From Blastocatellia bacterium (GTDB lineage: Bacteria; Acidobacteriota; Blastocatellia; UBA7656): a stretch of DNA of 64,000 bases. Below are positions 29,098-37,694 of this stretch, piece after piece. Positions within the stretch are counted from its first letter, which is position 1. The number at the start of each line of letters is the position of its first letter. A program made the translations under genes and the position numbers. The stretch is taken from the NCBI GenBank assembly GCA_963765495.1, contig CAVXWP010000009.1, forward strand, positions 384,001-448,000, in the 5' to 3' direction. Under the pieces are notes generated by a model. It saw nothing but the letters and a program-made list of their open reading frames with translations. It did not search any database and was not told the origin of the DNA.

Positions 29098-30396
29098 TTA
29101 ACTATACCGGAGCCAGCGACCGAGTTCGGCGATGTTTGGGCGCTTGCCGTACATCAAAATGCCTACGCGGTAAATCCTTGCCGCAAGCCACACGACGCCG
29201 AGTATCGTTACGACCATCAACAGCATCGAAAGCAAAATCTGCCATAGCGGCGGGTTTATTATCGCTATTCGGAGCATCATCAGGGTAGGCGTAAAGAACG
29301 GAATCATCGAGAGCGTCACCGCCATCGGGCTGTTCGGATTGCTCAGCACGACACCAAACAATATCATCGGCACGACAAGCAACATCGTTATCGGGAACTG
29401 CGCCTGTTGAGCGTCTTCATCGCTCGATACGGTAGAACCTACCATCGCATAGAGCGTGGCAAACAGAAAGTAGCCAAGCACAAAGTAGATGATAAAGTAG
29501 ATGAGTAGACTGATGGGCAGTTTCGGGAAACTGAACCCGCTTGACCCGAACAAAGAAGCGCCACCCAAAGTCAGCAGCAGCGCCGCCCCCACCCAGACAA
29601 GATATTGCGTCAGCCCCACAAGCCCTATCCCTATGAGCTTGCCAAGCATCATCTGTGTAGGCTTTACCGAAGAGATTATGACCTCGACTATACGCGTCTG
29701 TTTCTCTTCCATAACTCCGCGCATCACAGCCATTCCATACATCAGGACGGTTATGTAGATGAAAAACAGCATCACGAACCCGACCAGAAATAGCGCTTCG
29801 CCTCCCTCTTGAGTGGTCCCGTCCGGCCCCACCTTGTTTCTTTGCATCTCGACCGACTCCATGTAGCCGGTTATCTGGTCGGAGTTGACCCCTGCGCGCA
29901 CGAGACGGCGCTCGACGACGGCAGAGCTTATGGCTCGCTCTACGTTCTGCACCGAGAAATCGCCCGTGCTCTTTGCAAAGTACTGGGCAGGCTCATTGCG
30001 TTCGAGTATGCCCGGCGGAAGGATTACGTAGGATTGATCGGTATCCTTCTGGACCAGATCGTTGTACTCCTTCTGGGTAGCCTGTAAATCCTCGCCCGGC
30101 GGAACACTCTTGTACGAGAGCGTATAGTTTGTGCTTCTCGACATTCCGTCGTTCTTCTCTTCGGCGTCGGTTTCGGATGGAGCGAGGCGTTTTTGAATCG
30201 CCCTATAAAGGTCAGGATCGCCGCTCTGATCGAGTATGGTGACATGACGGGTTCCACCTCCGCGCGAAGCCAGAAAACCCGGCACAAGAACCAGCGCAAG
30301 CATCAACAACGGAGTGATGATCGTGCCGATCAGAAATGCCTTTGTGCGGACGCGAGTCAGGTACTCACGCTTGATGATGACTAAGACTTTTTTCAT
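29098..30396 (-). CDS. ABC-2 exporter permease (NatB/YhaP-like)
   Basis: IIKREYLTRVRTKAF, GVMEEKQTRIVEV, LGKLIG, YRVGILMYGKRP. Confidence 0.92.
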   Translation of the reverse strand: MKKVLVIIKREYLTRVRTKAFLIGTIITPLLMLALVLVPGFLASRGGGTRHVTILDQSGDPDLYRAIQKRLAPSETDAEEKNDGMSRSTNYTLSYKSVPPGEDLQATQKEYNDLVQKDTDQSYVILPPGILERNEPAQYFAKSTGDFSVQNVERAISSAVVERRLVRAGVNSDQITGYMESVEMQRNKVGPDGTTQEGGEALFLVGFVMLFFIYITVLMYGMAVMRGVMEEKQTRIVEVIISSVKPTQMMLGKLIGIGLVGLTQYLVWVGAALLLTLGGASLFGSSGFSFPKLPISLLIYFIIYFVLGYFLFATLYAMVGSTVSSDEDAQQAQFPITMLLVVPMILFGVVLSNPNSPMAVTLSMIPFFTPTLMMLRIAIINPPLWQILLSMLLMVVTILGVVWLAARIYRVGILMYGKRPNIAELGRWLRYS

Positions 30397-31291
30397 TTTT
30401 TCCAGTCACGCTTTCTATGAATATTTCATTTAGCGACGGCTCTACGAGTTCGAAACGGTTGACCCGCGCACCCCCCTTTAGTGCTCGTCTGAGCACCTCC
30501 TGAGAATCGGCTCCTTCCTTGAGCAGTATCTCGCAATAGTTGGCAAACTTATTGACCCGCTTGATCAGATCGTCTCCCAGGAAAGAATCGGGGCCTTCGA
30601 AATCGAGGATAATCGTGTTGCGGCCAAAGCGGCGCTTGACTTCGCGCAAGCCTCCGCTCAAGACCTTTGTCGCATGGTTTATCAGGCAGATGTCGTCGCA
30701 CATCTGCTCTACCTGTTCCATCTGATGGGTCGAAAATATTATGGTCTTTCCCTTCTGTTTGAGGTCGAGTATGACTCCCTTGAGAAGGTTGACGCTCACG
30801 GGGTCGAGGCCCGAAAACGGCTCGTCGAGTATCATCAACTCCGGGTCGTGCAGGATGGCTGCTATAAACTGAACCTTCTGCTGCATGCCCTTGGACAGGT
30901 CGGTTGCCTTTTTCTCTTTCCAATCCGATAGCTCGAGCCTCGTAAGCCATTCATCGATACGGCGGTCGGCTTCGGCTGAATCGAGTCCCTTGAGGTTGCC
31001 GAAGAATTTCAATTGATCTCCGACCTTCATCTTGCGGTAAAGCCCGCGCTCCTCGGGAAGATACCCGATATGAGATTGGAGTTCGGGCGTGACGCGCTGG
31101 CCGAGCACTTTGATCTCTCCGGTGTCGGGCGCAAATATGTTTACGATCATGCGAATCGAGGTAGTCTTTCCCGCCCCGTTCGGACCGAGTAAGCCAAAGA
31201 TAGTCCCTTTCCTGACTTCAAAGGATAAATCTTTGACCGCCACAAAATCATCGAATCGCTTCGACACATTGTTGAGTTCTATGAGATTCAT
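30365..31291 (-). CDS. ABC exporter ATP-binding protein
   Basis: GPNGAGKTT, LSKGMQQK, ILDEPFSGLDP, EPSLNEIFI. Confidence 0.95.
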   Translation of the reverse strand: MNLIELNNVSKRFDDFVAVKDLSFEVRKGTIFGLLGPNGAGKTTSIRMIVNIFAPDTGEIKVLGQRVTPELQSHIGYLPEERGLYRKMKVGDQLKFFGNLKGLDSAEADRRIDEWLTRLELSDWKEKKATDLSKGMQQKVQFIAAILHDPELMILDEPFSGLDPVSVNLLKGVILDLKQKGKTIIFSTHQMEQVEQMCDDICLINHATKVLSGGLREVKRRFGRNTIILDFEGPDSFLGDDLIKRVNKFANYCEILLKEGADSQEVLRRALKGGARVNRFELVEPSLNEIFIESVTGKNEKSLSHHQA

Positions 31292-31442
31292 CTACTCTCT
31301 CCCGCGCCGCGATTGAATCGCAGGATTGCGGCGCGTATTTAATTTGAGGTTTTACAAAACAGACGGCGCTCAGGACGCGAGGCCAAAAGATCGCCTGACA
31401 GACCCCGGGTTGATATAGAACCAGCCTTATGAAAATGGACGA

Positions 31443-31919
31443 CTATTCACGCACGCTCCGATCCCTATATTTAGAAGGCTCCATATTGCGCGTCGTATGT
31501 TCGGTTACACTTGAAACGGCTCTCGGCGGCTCGGCAAGCTCGGGGAAAGACCGCTCACCCTGCGCGTGATCGAGTCTGCCTGTTTGCGATTGTAGCTGCG
31601 GGGCAGAGGTCGCGCTTATTATTCGCGACAACTGCCGGGATAAAATAAAGGCTATTGCGAAGATCAACAGGAGAGCCATCCCGGAAAGCGGGCCGACTAT
31701 TGCTGCGCGGACATTCAAAGCCACAAGAGCTATTACCCCGCCTATCAGCACGGCGAGCGAGACAAAGCCATAGACGGCGATGGCCCAGAACATGCTGGCA
31801 AACGTGCCTATATCGCTTCCCGACAACGGCGCGGATGCTGATTGAGAAAGGTTCGCCCCGCATCGCTTACAATACTTCAATCCATTTGTGAATTCACCGC
31901 CACAATTCGGACAATACAT
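31443..31919 (-). CDS. Zinc-ribbon membrane protein with C-terminal SVTEHTTR motif
   Basis: MYCPNCG..YCKRCG, two TM helices, SSVTEHTTRN. Confidence 0.85.
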   Translation of the reverse strand: MYCPNCGGEFTNGLKYCKRCGANLSQSASAPLSGSDIGTFASMFWAIAVYGFVSLAVLIGGVIALVALNVRAAIVGPLSGMALLLIFAIAFILSRQLSRIISATSAPQLQSQTGRLDHAQGERSFPELAEPPRAVSSVTEHTTRNMEPSKYRDRSVRE

Positions 31920-31979
31920 AGCTCCTCCTCAACATAGCGAGCCACCCGCCTGCTAAACATACCTTTCATTTAATCCGCG

Positions 31980-32471
31980 TTACTGAGTCACTCTGCGGCC
32001 GGGGCCGCGCCTGTTTATCTCCGAGTCTTCGATAGGCTCGAAATTGCGGGTCGTGTGCTCGGTCACGCTTGAGACGGCAGCGGGCGGAGTCGACAGCCGC
32101 GCATGCTCGGGCTCGCCCCTATGATGACGCTCTCTTCTATGATCCTGACCAAAGGGCGCAGAGATGCCGAGAACACGAGTCATAAGCGAAATCAGCAATG
32201 CGACCATTCCAAAGATCGTCGCGCCGTAAATGCCTGCCAGAAACACCAGCGCGCGAGGATCGAAGTTACTGCGCGCCAGTTCGGCCGTAAGCGCCCCAAA
32301 GCCTATTATTCCACCGATGCAGACTACGGCTACAGGCAGCAGCATCCCCATCATCTTTCCGAACGTAAGGTTCTGGTCTGTGATTGGAGCGGGCGCGTTC
32401 AAATTGGCCCCGCAGTTCTTACAATATTTCAATCCGACATTGTGTTCAATACCACAGGACGGGCAATACAT
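31980..32471 (-). CDS. Zinc-ribbon membrane protein with SVTEHTTR motif (tandem paralog)
   Basis: MYCPSCG..YCKNCG (ATG 32471), two TM helices, SSVTEHTTRN. Confidence 0.85.
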   Translation of the reverse strand: MYCPSCGIEHNVGLKYCKNCGANLNAPAPITDQNLTFGKMMGMLLPVAVVCIGGIIGFGALTAELARSNFDPRALVFLAGIYGATIFGMVALLISLMTRVLGISAPFGQDHRRERHHRGEPEHARLSTPPAAVSSVTEHTTRNFEPIEDSEINRRGPGRRVTQ

Positions 32472-32571
32472 AAAGGAGTTCCTCTCTGATAGTTGACGTG
32501 CGCGAAAGCGAAATCGCCAGTGTCGATGTGATCCAATATCTCGCATGACTTAAAGGGAAATACGCCTTTAC

Positions 32572-32597
32572 TACGATACACCCTGCCAGCAAGTTCA
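32572..32597 (-). promoter_or_regulatory. Candidate ECF (SigW-like) promoter TGAACT-N16-CGTA
   Basis: Minus strand TGAACT-TGCTGGCAGGGTGTAT-CGTA, about 100 nt upstream of the zinc-ribbon genes. Confidence 0.55.
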
Positions 32598-32642
32598 CCA
32601 ACAATTCAAAAGAGATTCCCCGACTTGGCAGCTATGAGGCAG

Positions 32643-32693
32643 GAGGGTCATTCAGTCTTCCAAAATGTAGAATAGTAAAGTAGGAATAGGCCG
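32643..32693. repeat. Half copy (one arm) of the CAGGG-MITE
   Basis: GAGGGTCATTCAGTCTTCCAAAATGTAGAATAGTAAAGTAGGAATAGGCCG compared with 4073-4124. Confidence 0.75.
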
Positions 32694-32714
32694 TAGCGGC
32701 GCAAAGAGGAACGG

Positions 32715-33107
32715 TCAAATAAAGACGAAGCGGTCGGAGAGCGTGAAATTGACAAGCGAGCAGAGCGCGATTGTAGTCATATTTGCGGCATAGGCGTTCA
32801 AGCCCGCATTGCCTACCAGTATCCACATCAACACCAGATTTCCCGCAAGCGACATGGCTCCCGAGGTCAGATTGAATCTCAAAAGCATTCGACTTATCTG
32901 CGTTTGAGGTCGGTCGCGCCAGGTCCACTTTCTGTGCCAGACGAAATTATGAAGTACGCTCGTTTCCACGGCTATCGCTGTCGCAGCCAGATAGTGCATC
33001 CCGAATACGCGCAAGAGCAGCGCGAGCGTAAGCGATTGGACGAGTATTCCCGTAAAGCCCACGGCACTGAACTTCATCATTCTCTCAAGTAGCCCGTTTC
33101 GCTTCAT
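32715..33107 (-). CDS. GtrA-family membrane protein
   Basis: KFSAVGFTG..HNFVWHRKWTWRD..NFTLSDRFVF. Confidence 0.9.
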   Translation of the reverse strand: MKRNGLLERMMKFSAVGFTGILVQSLTLALLLRVFGMHYLAATAIAVETSVLHNFVWHRKWTWRDRPQTQISRMLLRFNLTSGAMSLAGNLVLMWILVGNAGLNAYAANMTTIALCSLVNFTLSDRFVFI

Positions 33108-33135
33108 TTCCCGCTTCGCCCTTTCGCCCGGCTGC

Positions 33136-33927
33136 TCAGACTCTCTCGGCTCTATAGAGCACAACCGTATTATGCGCGACCGATGCTATCAGCAGGACGC
33201 CCATCAGCGCAGAGGCCACCACTCCAGCCACATCATAAAAGAGAAAACTTGCATCAAAGACCTTAACCACCGGCTTGTTGAAGGCCACGAGGTTGCCTAT
33301 CGCTATCAGTATTCTCAATTCGGTCGGGCTGAACTTCCAGTGCGATAATTTGAATGTGCCTATCGTATAGGTGGCCAGATAAACATTTATCGAGAGCAGC
33401 ATATAAGCGACCAGCACCACGAGGGCCACCATCCACGACATGTAGCCCGACAGCGCGAGACCGCAGAGTACGAAGAGTGTGCCGAATGCGTCTACGATAT
33501 GATCCACGTAAAAGCCGTAGCGGGGTCTTTGTTTGTTGCGCGCTCGCGCAAGCGTCCCGTCCAGACTGTCGCCGAACCAGTTGACGGCGAGCCAGAACCC
33601 CACAGCAAGCAGAAATGGAGGCCAGACCCGCGCCAGCGCGTAGCTTGCGCCTGCCAGCGCCATTGCGGCAAACCCGAGCAGTGTGAGGTGATCGGGATGA
33701 ACCCACGAAGGCATACGATCTGCAAGCCATTTCAGGCAGACACGCTCAAGCGGGGCAAGCAGGCTGTTCTGCTCGCGTATAGCCGACTTGAACCCGGGAT
33801 TGACGGGAAGCTTTTCTTCCCTCCTCTGCCGAGCCTCTGTCTGCACTAACGAAAGACATATCGTTCCCCTCTCTTGCGCGGGCAGGGTATTTGATTTCAG
33901 TTGAGCGCGGCTGAAGTTTGTCATCAT
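33136..33927 (-). CDS. CDP-alcohol phosphatidyltransferase family protein
   Basis: HPDHLT, DSLDGTLARAR..YGFYVDHIVD signature. Confidence 0.92.
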   Translation of the reverse strand: MMTNFSRAQLKSNTLPAQERGTICLSLVQTEARQRREEKLPVNPGFKSAIREQNSLLAPLERVCLKWLADRMPSWVHPDHLTLLGFAAMALAGASYALARVWPPFLLAVGFWLAVNWFGDSLDGTLARARNKQRPRYGFYVDHIVDAFGTLFVLCGLALSGYMSWMVALVVLVAYMLLSINVYLATYTIGTFKLSHWKFSPTELRILIAIGNLVAFNKPVVKVFDASFLFYDVAGVVASALMGVLLIASVAHNTVVLYRAERV

Positions 33928-34352
33928 ATCTCCTTCGATATAGCTCTGGCCGCGGCATAGGCATCAAGCGGCGACAGCAATAAAATGATCATCCAGATGG
34001 GGACCGACAAGAGCGCCATGACGGCTTTCCTGACCTTCCGATTCGAGAGTTGAGACGAATGACTTGCCGATACGGACGCCACTACGGCTTTGACCAGAGG
34101 GCCGGAAACCGAATGATAGAACCTGTCGTCTCCTTTGATTCCGGGAAGCCGGGATGTCGTGTATCGCGAAACCGAAGTTGCAACCGCGCCGGAAGCGGGA
34201 AGCAAATCTCCCCCCGTATTTTCGCGCTCCATTCGACAGCCGCTTTGATCCGCGCCACACCAGCGGCAGAACATGTCGCTTTCCAGCAATCCGCCTTCGC
34301 ACGCCCTGCACGCCTTTACTGCCAGTGTTATTTCCTGATCTATCTCACCCAT
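33924..34352 (-). CDS. Hypothetical zinc-ribbon protein with C-terminal TM segment
   Basis: CRAC..CRWCG; hydrophobic tail; overlaps the next start (ATGA). Confidence 0.7.
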   Translation of the reverse strand: MGEIDQEITLAVKACRACEGGLLESDMFCRWCGADQSGCRMERENTGGDLLPASGAVATSVSRYTTSRLPGIKGDDRFYHSVSGPLVKAVVASVSASHSSQLSNRKVRKAVMALLSVPIWMIILLLSPLDAYAAARAISKEI

Positions 34353-34399
34353 AATTACTTCTTTCGGGGTCTGGTAGATTGATTTCCCCTATGAACAAC

Positions 34400-34415
34400 T
34401 GCAAGGCCGGTGCCA
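34400..34415 (-). promoter_or_regulatory. Sigma54 (-24/-12) promoter
   Basis: Minus strand TGGCAC-CGGCC-TTGCA, an exact consensus match, 48 nt upstream of the ATG at 34352, with an AT-rich region upstream. Confidence 0.85.
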
Positions 34416-34654
34416 GATGCAAAAATTAAAGAAAGCTTCGAAAAAGGTCAAAAAACGAGTTTTTCTTATTTTGGACAGATAAGGAAGGTGCAGTAAAAAT
34501 CCGACACATGGCGATGCCGGGGGCCAGAGCCGAAAAGGTAGGATTACTCATCGTTTAAAATCGAATCCCGGGTTTAGCACAATGGCAATAACCCAGGAGG
34601 GACACAGATCAGGTGGACTTTCGCGGATCAAACACTTGCTGACTTCAAGATTAC

Positions 34655-34684
34655 CGGCCCCCGGCCCCCGGCCCCTGGCCCCCG
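34655..34684. repeat. GC-rich heptamer tandem (GGCCCC(C/T)) just after a stop codon
   Basis: CCGGCCCCCCGGCCCCCGGCCCCTGGCCCCCG; no facing arm seen. Confidence 0.5.
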
Positions 34685-34690
34685 ATTGGC

Positions 34691-36121
34691 CTACTGTTTA
34701 CTGCTCACAGCATTTTTTCTCACGGCGGCGGCGATCTCTTTGAAACGGTCTTCGTTTTGAAGCGCGGCAAACTCCTTACCGTTTAGCGCTTCTACGTCAG
34801 AAAATCCTTTTTCTGCCGCCGATTCGAGCGCGCCGAGCGCCTTCTTTGTGTCCTTGCCCAGAGCGCAGGCGCGAGCCAGATGATAGAAGATTCTTGGATT
34901 GTCGGGGCGAATCTCTGTGCCGATGGAAAAATGCAATATGGCTTCTTCGTACTGTTTCTCGAAGACCAATGCGTTGCCCTGCTCGAATGATTCGATAAAA
35001 AGCAGGTCAATCAGTCGACGCGCTATGATCTGATCTATTGACGGGCGGTCGGTTTTGGCGACCTTCTTGAGGTCCGAGATGGCCGTCTTCAGTTCGGAAA
35101 AGGCCTGCGATCTGTTATCTGATCGCCTGACGGATTCGATAAGAGTATGGACCGCCAGATAACGCCGATCCTGTTCCCTTTCAAGGTCTTTCTCGCGTTT
35201 TAGTGCCTGACGAACCTCTTTCGTGGCGTTTAGCTCCGAGACTTTTTTTTCAAACTCTTCTATGGGTTTCAAGCCTCGGAAATCCTCGGTCAGCGCCTTA
35301 TAAGATAAATATGCCTGGTACGGATCGGGCTTTGCTTCGTCGGCCCGGGCCTTTTCTGCGGCCTTGTCATAGAGCGCGGCGAGCAACCTTTCGTCCTTCT
35401 CTTTCAGCCCGGCGCGCATCGCCTGCACCTCGAGCCATTCAACCGCTTCCACAGAGAGTCGGGCAGGCATCCACTCGTGTCCGCCCTCGAATATCGAGAG
35501 GCGATTGGGAATCTGGAACTTATCGAACAAGCGAGACAGCGCCTGCATCTCAGGATTATTGAAATCCTCGACACCCGCGCTTCCGAACAATACAAAAGAA
35601 GGCGGCTGTTCAGACCCGCCGCCCTGATGTGGCGCGCCGCCGCTACAGGCGATGACTCCGGCTATTCGCCCCTTGAGCGAATACCCAAGAGCAAGCGCCA
35701 CGCGCGCCCCGCCGGAAAATCCCGCCGCATATACCCTGTTGTCGTCTATTGAAAACCTGTTGTGAGTGTCTTCCCAAAGGGCCTTTATTATGTCGTTCAA
35801 CGGCACACCGGGACCGTTGCGCGAGTTGTTCGAGCCTACGACTATGTAGCCGTATTTTTCGGCGGCTTCGCGAAATAATTCTACGGGCAGTCGGCCCCGC
35901 GCTCCGGGGTCGAAACAGTAAATAACCGGGTATTTGCGCCCGTCCGTGTAGGAAGAGGGCAGAAATAATGCGTAGCCTTGCGACGGGTCGCTTCTTGTGA
36001 TGACCCGTTCTATCAGTTGACCTTTTGGCAGATCATCATCTCCGGCAAGAGCGGTCGCTGAAATCGCGTACAGCGAAACCGCGACAACTCCTATTGAAAA
36101 AATCAGGCTGCTACGTTTCAT
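34691..36121 (-). CDS. Secreted alpha/beta-hydrolase (esterase-like) with C-terminal TPR-like domain
   Basis: Signal peptide; GFSGG nucleophile elbow, GGHEW; YHLARACA..ALGALESAAEKGF. Confidence 0.75.
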   Translation of the reverse strand: MKRSSLIFSIGVVAVSLYAISATALAGDDDLPKGQLIERVITRSDPSQGYALFLPSSYTDGRKYPVIYCFDPGARGRLPVELFREAAEKYGYIVVGSNNSRNGPGVPLNDIIKALWEDTHNRFSIDDNRVYAAGFSGGARVALALGYSLKGRIAGVIACSGGAPHQGGGSEQPPSFVLFGSAGVEDFNNPEMQALSRLFDKFQIPNRLSIFEGGHEWMPARLSVEAVEWLEVQAMRAGLKEKDERLLAALYDKAAEKARADEAKPDPYQAYLSYKALTEDFRGLKPIEEFEKKVSELNATKEVRQALKREKDLEREQDRRYLAVHTLIESVRRSDNRSQAFSELKTAISDLKKVAKTDRPSIDQIIARRLIDLLFIESFEQGNALVFEKQYEEAILHFSIGTEIRPDNPRIFYHLARACALGKDTKKALGALESAAEKGFSDVEALNGKEFAALQNEDRFKEIAAAVRKNAVSSKQ

Positions 36122-36300
36122 AGAATGCCCCATTCCCGAGCGTCGGTATGCATTCGAGTATAGTTCCGGCAATCTATGAATGAAATCCTTCGGGCGACTT
36201 TCAATATTTCTCGAGAATTATAAACATTGCCGGGGGGGGGCATAAGCTAATACCCGGGTTACATGCAAAAAATTGTAAAAGCTTCACCGGGCAGTTTATC

Positions 36301-36326
36301 GTAACCACCGGCAATTGGAGCCCGTA
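36301..36326 (+). promoter_or_regulatory. Candidate ECF promoter GTAACC-N16-CGTA upstream of the RND operon
   Basis: GTAACC-ACCGGCAATTGGAGCC-CGTA, 44 nt before the ATG at 36370. Confidence 0.4.
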
Positions 36327-36369
36327 ACAGAATTAGGGCATAATAATTAGAGCCTGTTTATACGAAGGG

Positions 36370-37551
36370 ATGTTGATGTTAAAGAAACTGCAAATCAAGC
36401 ATGTTGTCATAATACTGGCTGCTGTGACCCTTCTGGGACTTCTTGGGTTCAGGGTATTTCAAGCCGTAAATTCCGAAGCCGAAACGGGGAAAGGACGCGG
36501 CGGCACGCGGGTGCAAACCGTCGAGGTAGGCTCTGTCACGCGCGGCGCTATGGAAGAAAAAGTGACCCTCACCGGCCCTTTGAAAGCCAAAGAAGAGGTT
36601 GAGGTAAATCCCAAAGTCAGCGGGCGCATAGTCCAGATAAAGGTTGACACGGGTCAGGCAGTCGAGCGAGGCGCGCTTCTTGCCGTAATCGAAGACGCGG
36701 AAATCGAACAGCAGGTCCAACGATCCAAAGCCTCTATAGATGTAAACGACGCTACCATTTCTCAGCGCGAGGCCGAACTCAGCAACGCGCTTGCCGAGTT
36801 GAATCGCAAAAAACAACTGATGGAAATGGGGTTGATCTCGCATCAGGAGTTTGAAACGGTCGAGACGCGCTACAAAGTGGCCCAATCCCAACTGGAACTG
36901 GCGCGCGCGCAGAGACGGGCCACCGCCGCCGAAGAGCGCGAGTTGACCATTCGCCACGGGCAGACGCGAGTTTATTCCCCGATAAACGGCATTATCTCCG
37001 TTCGGCACGTAGATCAGGGCGCTATGGTGAGTCCTACGAACCCAATAGTCACCGTGGTCAATGTCAGCACGATGGTGCTTGAAGCAAACGCTTCGGAAAA
37101 GGACATCGCCCGCATAAGAGCAGGTTCTCAGGCCACGGTCATAGTTGACAGCCTGCCCGGACAACAGTATCCGGGCCGCGTGATGAGAATATCGCCCGTA
37201 CTCGATCCGCAAACGCGAAACGGTTCGGTTGAGATCGAGATCGCCAATAAAGGCGGGGCGCTCAAAGGCGAGATGTTCGCCCGCGTAGAACTCGACCTCG
37301 GCACGGCTCGCGAGACGCTATTTATTCCGCGCGATGCGCTTGTCTATCGCGGGGACCAGCCCGGCGTCTTCACGCTGGAGGCTGAAACGGCCCGGTTTCG
37401 CCCGGTCGAGACGGGACTGACTCAGGAAAACAGGGTCGAAGTCACAAACGGTCTCAAAGAAGGCGACACGGTAGTAACAGGCGGAGCCAACGTGATCAAA
37501 GACGGCGACCAGGTCAAAGTGACGAACAGGCCAAACGAGCCACAGCCCTGA
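36370..37551 (+). CDS. RND efflux periplasmic adaptor (membrane fusion protein)
   Basis: PKVSGRI..VDTGQAV, SPINGII, LKGEMFA, GLKEGDTVV. Confidence 0.93.
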   Translation: MLMLKKLQIKHVVIILAAVTLLGLLGFRVFQAVNSEAETGKGRGGTRVQTVEVGSVTRGAMEEKVTLTGPLKAKEEVEVNPKVSGRIVQIKVDTGQAVERGALLAVIEDAEIEQQVQRSKASIDVNDATISQREAELSNALAELNRKKQLMEMGLISHQEFETVETRYKVAQSQLELARAQRRATAAEERELTIRHGQTRVYSPINGIISVRHVDQGAMVSPTNPIVTVVNVSTMVLEANASEKDIARIRAGSQATVIVDSLPGQQYPGRVMRISPVLDPQTRNGSVEIEIANKGGALKGEMFARVELDLGTARETLFIPRDALVYRGDQPGVFTLEAETARFRPVETGLTQENRVEVTNGLKEGDTVVTGGANVIKDGDQVKVTNRPNEPQP

Positions 37552-37552
37552 A

Positions 37553-37673
37553 GGGATGAGGGATGAGGGATGAACCGGACTGTGGGTAATTATACTGATG
37601 AAATCGCGAGCGGCTTTTTATCAGGCTGTTGCGCCAAACTCTTTTTCATCCCTCATCCCTCATCCCTCATCCT
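37553..37673. repeat. GGGATGA heptamer inverted-repeat element, copy 3 (inside the RND operon)
   Basis: (GGGATGA)3, 72-nt spacer, (TCATCCC)3 TCATCCT. Confidence 0.9.
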
Positions 37674-37694
37674 TTCTTTTATCGGAGACTGCGA

